Shown here one piece after another: positions 24,941 to 29,167 of a stretch of DNA of 29,167 bases. Within the stretch, counting starts at the first letter, position 1; each line of letters opens with the position of its first letter. Position numbers and translations under genes: made by a program. The notes beneath the pieces were generated by a model, which was given only the letters and a program-made list of their open reading frames with translations, searched no databases and was not told where the DNA came from. Source of the stretch: a virus (taxonomy: Duplodnaviria > Caudoviricetes); the IMG/VR virus record IMGVR_UViG_3300007344_000166, positions 1 through 29,167 of that record; one strand, given 5' to 3'.

Positions 24941-27900
24941 GCGACCTCAATCCCTCTCCCTTCATTGCCTCGCCTCTCGCCCCGATCAATCTCGCCGAGG
25001 AATACGGCCCCGAGTCCGAATTGACCGAAGCCCGCGCCTTCCAGGCTCTCCATCTTCTCGAAGCTTTCCCAAAACCAACCATCACCCCCGGCACTCCGCC
25101 GCCCCCAAATCCTCTCCGCGATTACCTCCGCCGATACGCCGCCGACCGCGAATCAAGAGGACTAAAGTTTTTCCCCAAGGAAAACGCCAAGGCCAACCAA
25201 AAGCGCATTCAATACTCCCGCGATCTTTACCTCAAATCGCCCGAAGATCTCCTCACCGGCGACCAGTTGAAGGCATATGAAGCCGACCTAACCGAGATGC
25301 CGGACCCGGACTCCTACCGCGCCCGCCAGACCAACCGCGCCTATTTTAACCTCATCGCCCCGACCCCCATCGCGCCCGACCGATACGACCTGGTCCGCGA
25401 TGAATACGCCCGCGCCGTCCTCAAACTCGACGACACTTCCGACAAGGCCGTCTTCTCAGCGATCCAAGCCCAATTCCAAGAGGAAGCGTCCGCCTTCGAT
25501 TCCTTGAAGCCCCTGGCGAAAGAAGCATTCGACAAAGGACTCACCGGCCAACCGTTGTCAGCCGCCGACCGGTGGAGGGCCACCGCCGCTCTCCCCGCCA
25601 AGCACAAGCGGAACGCGCGCGAAGTTCTCGCCGCGCAACACCAAGAAGCGCAAGCCACTCGCCGCCGCCTCATGCCGACGGTGAAGTTTCTCGCCACCAG
25701 CATGCTTTCCCGCCGGGGAATGGACGTTCCCCGCGACCTTGCCTCGCCTGAAGCCTCCGCCACTTCGCGAGAATGGCTTCGCGCCCTGGGAGAACTCAAC
25801 CCGCCCGACCGCGCCGCCGCTCTTTTCATCCTCTCGCAGGAGATGGAAAAGCTCGACACCGCCGACGACTCCGCCGGCACGTTCAAACGCGCCGCCACCA
25901 ACGCTAGCAAAACCGCCCTCCAGCTTCTCGAGTCCGCTTTCACCATGATCGACAGCGAGACCTCGGAAGGTTTCCTCGATGAAGAAGACCGTTGGACCAT
26001 CGACGCCGACGAACGCGCCCGCCTGACTGCCGCCCTTCAAGGCATTGAAAGCATTCCGGAGAATTTCCGCCCCGATGATTCCGCCTTGCAAAAGGCCTTC
26101 ATTGCAGGCTCAGGCCAAGCCGCGATCTTGGGCTCCCTCTTCACCGGCGCCGCAGGCCTGACGTTTCTTGGCACTTCGATGGCCGGACAATCCTACGCCG
26201 GCCAGCGTCTCGAATCTCCCGAGGCCGACCGCGCGATCCAGTACGGCGCCGCCACTCTTTCCGGCACTGCCCAGGCCGCCACCGAAATTTATTTGACCAA
26301 GCTTGGTCTCAAAATGATCGGTGGCCGTCTCCCCGGCCTCGCCACTCTTTTCACCAAAGCCCGCATCACCGCGCCCGTTGCCCGCTCTCTCGCCGCCTTC
26401 CCTCTCGCCGCCGCCGGTGCCTCCGCCGTGGAATTCACCGAGGAGATTGTTCAAGACGCCACCGACAATCTTCTCTCCGACATCGCCAACGAGCTTTCCG
26501 GCATTGATCCGGCCACCGATTGGGGAGAATTCCTCACCCGCTGGACCACCAAAAACCGCACGACCGAGGAGGTCTTTTACGCCATCGTCCCTTTCGCTCT
26601 CATTGGCTCCGGCGTTGTCGCTTCTTTCCGACATTTCAAGCACGGCGCATACCTCCAACAGGCCACGCCCATCATGGCGAAGATGGGTTTCCGTTCCGAC
26701 AAAATCAAAGAGATCCGCGAAGCTTCTCCCGAGGAAGCCGCCAGGATTGTCAGAGAAGAAATCAAGCACGTTAAGGAAAAAGCAGAAGACCGATCGAAAG
26801 CCGCCGCCGCTTCTCAACCGGCCAGCCAACTTGCCAAGGAAGCACCCAACCGCGCCGCCAAACAATTTGATCTTTTCCACGCTGGGGACCAATCCCTAAC
26901 TTTCGAAACAATTTCAGTAGATCCCAGAAAAACCCGCCAAGGGAAAACTGGGACTTATGGAGGCCTCTACACTTTTGACAATCAAACAGAAGCAGACAAT
27001 TGGAACTCTGACCTGGAAGGCAAAGAGGTTTTTGGCATCAAACTCAAAGATGGAGTCAAAATTGAGCAATATGACAAACAAATCGAGCGACTTGACCAAA
27101 CCGAACTTGAAAATCTTAGGGCACAGGGAATCAAAGTAATTTCGGGCAAATCACTACTCGGAAAAAGGGAGATCGTTATCATCGACAAAACCGCCATTGC
27201 CTCTTTTGAACCTCTGAGCAAATTGCAATCTGACAATTCTTCTAAGACTTCCCAAGATGAAAGCGAACGATCCTCTGTGCTTGAAAGTTTCCGCGAGGCT
27301 GCCGAGCTTTCCCAAAAGGCCGGTTTCCCCATCCTTGAAACCGAACTCAATGAGTTCACCGAACAAGAGCAATACGTCCTCCGCCTGCCCGAGCAGGAAG
27401 AACAATACTTTGACGACGAGGAACAAGCCATCGAAGCCTGGCAAGACTTCCTGATTCAGCAGCAAAACGAAGTTTCCGCCGAGGTCATCCGCGCCGCAAA
27501 CACCGACCTCATTTCCTTCCTCACCGAAGAATCACAACTTGCTTTTGGGACCAAGGTCCGCGAGCGCGACGTTGAAATGGACGCCGCCCGGGCCGTGAAA
27601 GAAGGCCTGGCCACGATGGAGCAAATCAAAGCCCGCGCCCGCATCTTCGCTTTGCAGGAAGGGAGCTCCACCGCACCCGATTTTGCGATCATGGCCCGCC
27701 GCTGGGCGGAGGTGACCACCCGGGGAATTTACCGCGCCACGGTGGAATACTACCGCGGAGCCAATCCTCTTAACATCCTAGAAGACCTCGCCGAAACCAA
27801 CATCGACAAGGGGCTCACCATGGGAATGCTCGACGGCGCCGAGCTTGTTTCCGAACTCCGCGCCCTCGAGGAAGCCACCGGCAACGCATACATCGCCGAC

Positions 27901-29167
27901 GATTACACCTACGCCGACACCGACAAAATGCCCCTCCTCGAGGCCATGTCAAAAGCGGGCGTGGAATACTTCATGGGGAACATCAAAAACGACATGATCC
28001 CCTCGACCATCCGCCGATGGTTCCAACAAATCCTTGCCGTCGCCGGAGCGATGTTCCGCCACGCCCGCACGCTCGCCCGATCCGAACCGCTGATGAAGGC
28101 GATCAAGGAAGGCCGCGTGAATCAAAAGTTTGTCGACCTCATCGCCGACAGCGTCGGATTGAATGAAGCCAACACCGAGGCCCGCTACCGCGCCGCCGAG
28201 CAGCAGGCCCAAGAGCAGGCCCTCAATTCCGACCTCGAAGAGATTTCCGACGTCCTCCGCGGCCGCCTCCCTCACCCCGACAGCATGGCAGGTGACCCCA
28301 TGGCTTCCGAACTCCGCGTCATTCACGATGGCATGGTGAAGGTGAGCAAGCGCCGGAACAAGAAGGGCCAGCGCCTTCTCAACACCCGCAAGGCCGACAA
28401 CTTCTTCCTGCCGCGGGGCGAGGTCGTTTCCATCGACGGCATTCGCGAGGAATTGAACGAGCGCGGATTCGACTTCGACACCGAGGCCGACATGCTCGCC
28501 GCCCTCGACGACTCTCTCTACCGCAACCTCAAAACCTACGCCGTAGGAACGATGGAGCAGGAGACGACCTATTCGATTTCTCAGTTCAGTACAGGCATGA
28601 GACCACCGAAAGGTGTGACCAGTAGAAAAACGGAAGCCCTGCCAGTTTGGAATATAGAGAAGCAAAAGGATAGCCTTCCAAAGGTAATCGCCAACAAAAC
28701 ACAGCGTGAGGCTTTCTTTAAAAGGTTGGATGATGCGCTGGATTGGCTGCGTGAAGACCCTTCCAAATTGGGAACAGCTGGAGGATGGGTGAAATTCTTG
28801 AGGAAAGCAGGGGTCTATGGGGAGGTTCCAATGCCTCCCACTGGAATCACGGAACTATTTGAAAACCCTGCTGGATACGCTGAAAAAGTTCGGGGGGCGT
28901 ATCATGGGGACCTGGCTATTTCGGGAACAAACGCATCAGCAAAAGCGGGGTTAGACGGAACAAAGGAAATGCGTGAGCTTATCGGGGAAGGGAAAGCCCC
29001 TGCCCCTTGGACGGTTGCTCTGCATCATCTTTGGGGGATTCTTTCAAGAATGCTTCCACCCATCGATCAGGAGGGGATGTGGTTGCGCCTAATTGCTCAC
29101 CGACCTGTTCTTGAAGCGATTCAGTCTTCAATCGATGGGAATTTCGATCTGTCTTTGGATCAGTGGA
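24937..29167 (+). CDS. Large internal virion (ejection) protein 3, multi-domain, >1410 aa, runs off window; not in ORF track
   Basis: ATGA overlap at 24937. No stop in the stretches translated by hand, and the track lists no closed ORF in this frame. Gly/Ala hydrophobic region at about 26100-26620. Confidence 0.85.
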   Translation, partial: MSDLNPSPFIASPLAPINLAEEYGPESELTEARAFQALHLLEAFPKPTITPGTPPPPNPLRDYLRRYAADRESRGLKFFPKENAKANQKRIQYSRDLYLKSPEDLLTGDQLKAYEADLTEMPDPDSYRARQTNRAYFNLIAPTPIAPDRYDLVRDEYARAVLKLDDTSDKAVFSAIQAQFQEEASAFDSLKPLAKEAFDKGLTGQPLSAADRWRATAALPAKHKRNAREVLAAQHQEAQATRRRLMPTVKFLATSMLSRRGMDVPRDLASPEASATSREWLRALGELNPPDRAAALFILSQEMEKLDTADDSAGTFKRAATNASKTALQLLESAFTMIDSETSEGFLDEEDRWTIDADERARLTAALQGIESIPENFRPDDSALQKAFIAGSGQAAILGSLFTGAAGLTFLGTSMAGQSYAGQRLESPEADRAIQYGAATLSGTAQAATEIYLTKLGLKMIGGRLPGLATLFTKARITAPVARSLAAFPLAAAGASAVEFTEEIVQDATDNLLSDIANELSGIDPATDWGEFLTRWTTKNRTTEEVFYAIVPFALIGSGVVASFRHFKHGAYLQQATPIMAKMGFRSDKIKEIREASPEEAARIVREEIKHVKEKAEDRSKAAAASQPASQLAKEAPNRAAKQFDLFHAGDQSLTFETISVDPRKTRQGKTGTYGGLYTFDNQTEADNWNSDLEGKEVFGIKLKDGVKIEQYDKQIERLDQTELENLRAQGIKVISGKSLLGKREIVIIDKTAIASFEPLSKLQSDNSSKTSQDESERSSVLESFREAAELSQKAGFPILETELNEFTEQEQYVLRLPEQEEQYFDDEEQAIEAWQDFLIQQQNEVSAEVIRAANTDLISFLTEESQLAFGTKVRERDVEMDAARAVKEGLATMEQIKARARIFALQEGSSTAPDFAIMARRWAEVTTRGIYRATVEYYRGANPLNILEDLAETNIDKGLTMGMLDGAELVSELRALEEATGNAYIADDYTYADTDKMPLLEAMSKAGVEYFMGNIKNDMIPSTIRRWFQQILAVAGAMFRHARTLARSEPLMKAIKEGRVNQKFVDLIADSVGLNEANTEARYRAAEQQAQEQALNSDLEEISDVLRGRLPHPDSMAGDPMASELRVIHDGMVKVSKRRNKKGQRLLNTRKADNFFLPRGEVVSIDGIREELNERGFDFDTEADMLAALDDSLYRNLKTYAVGTMEQETTYSISQFSTGMRPPKGVTSRKTEALPVWNIEKQKDSLPKVIANKTQREAFFKRLDDALDWLREDPSKLGTAGGWVKFLRKAGVYGEVPMPPTGITELFENPAGYAEKVRGAYHGDLAISGTNASAKAGLDGTKEMRELIGEGKAPAPWTVALHHLWGILSRMLPPIDQEGMWLRLIAHRPVLEAIQSSIDGNFDLSLDQW

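Larger units (their letters stand above)
1..29167. mobile_element. Temperate podovirus genome segment
   Basis: Integrase, att, terminase, portal, capsid, tail tube and ejection genes; no host housekeeping genes. Confidence 0.95.

Noticed and set aside
24941-29167. Apparently gene-poor region with short ORFs in the track
   Set aside because: One open + frame from 24937 covers it; the track omits it because it has no stop in the window.

Overview
The window is about 29 kb of a temperate podovirus with T7/BPP-1-like morphogenesis genes. It is GC-rich and its + strand is strongly C-rich. From left to right it contains: a tail/lectin-like gene and a holin-like gene; an att site made of the 3' part of a tRNA-Tyr between arm-type repeats; a tyrosine integrase; a divergent pair of ribbon-helix-helix regulators; an ATGA-coupled early operon (excisionase-like HTH, DEDDh exonuclease, wHTH protein, internally deleted C5-methyltransferase, replication initiator); terminase small subunit, nine accessory genes and terminase large subunit; portal, scaffold, a structured non-coding insert, major capsid protein, two paralogous decoration-like genes, tail tube A/B and three ejection proteins. 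The last ejection protein is a >1400-aa ORF missing from the ORF track that looks multi-domain ('polyvalent'). Phage genes on both sides of the att core suggest the excised attP form. The most unusual element is at 16647-16938, where a hairpin loop carries two boxes matching opposite strands of a site that occurs twice as a 24-bp inverted repeat. All protein assignments come from motifs and gene order read by eye; no searches were run.
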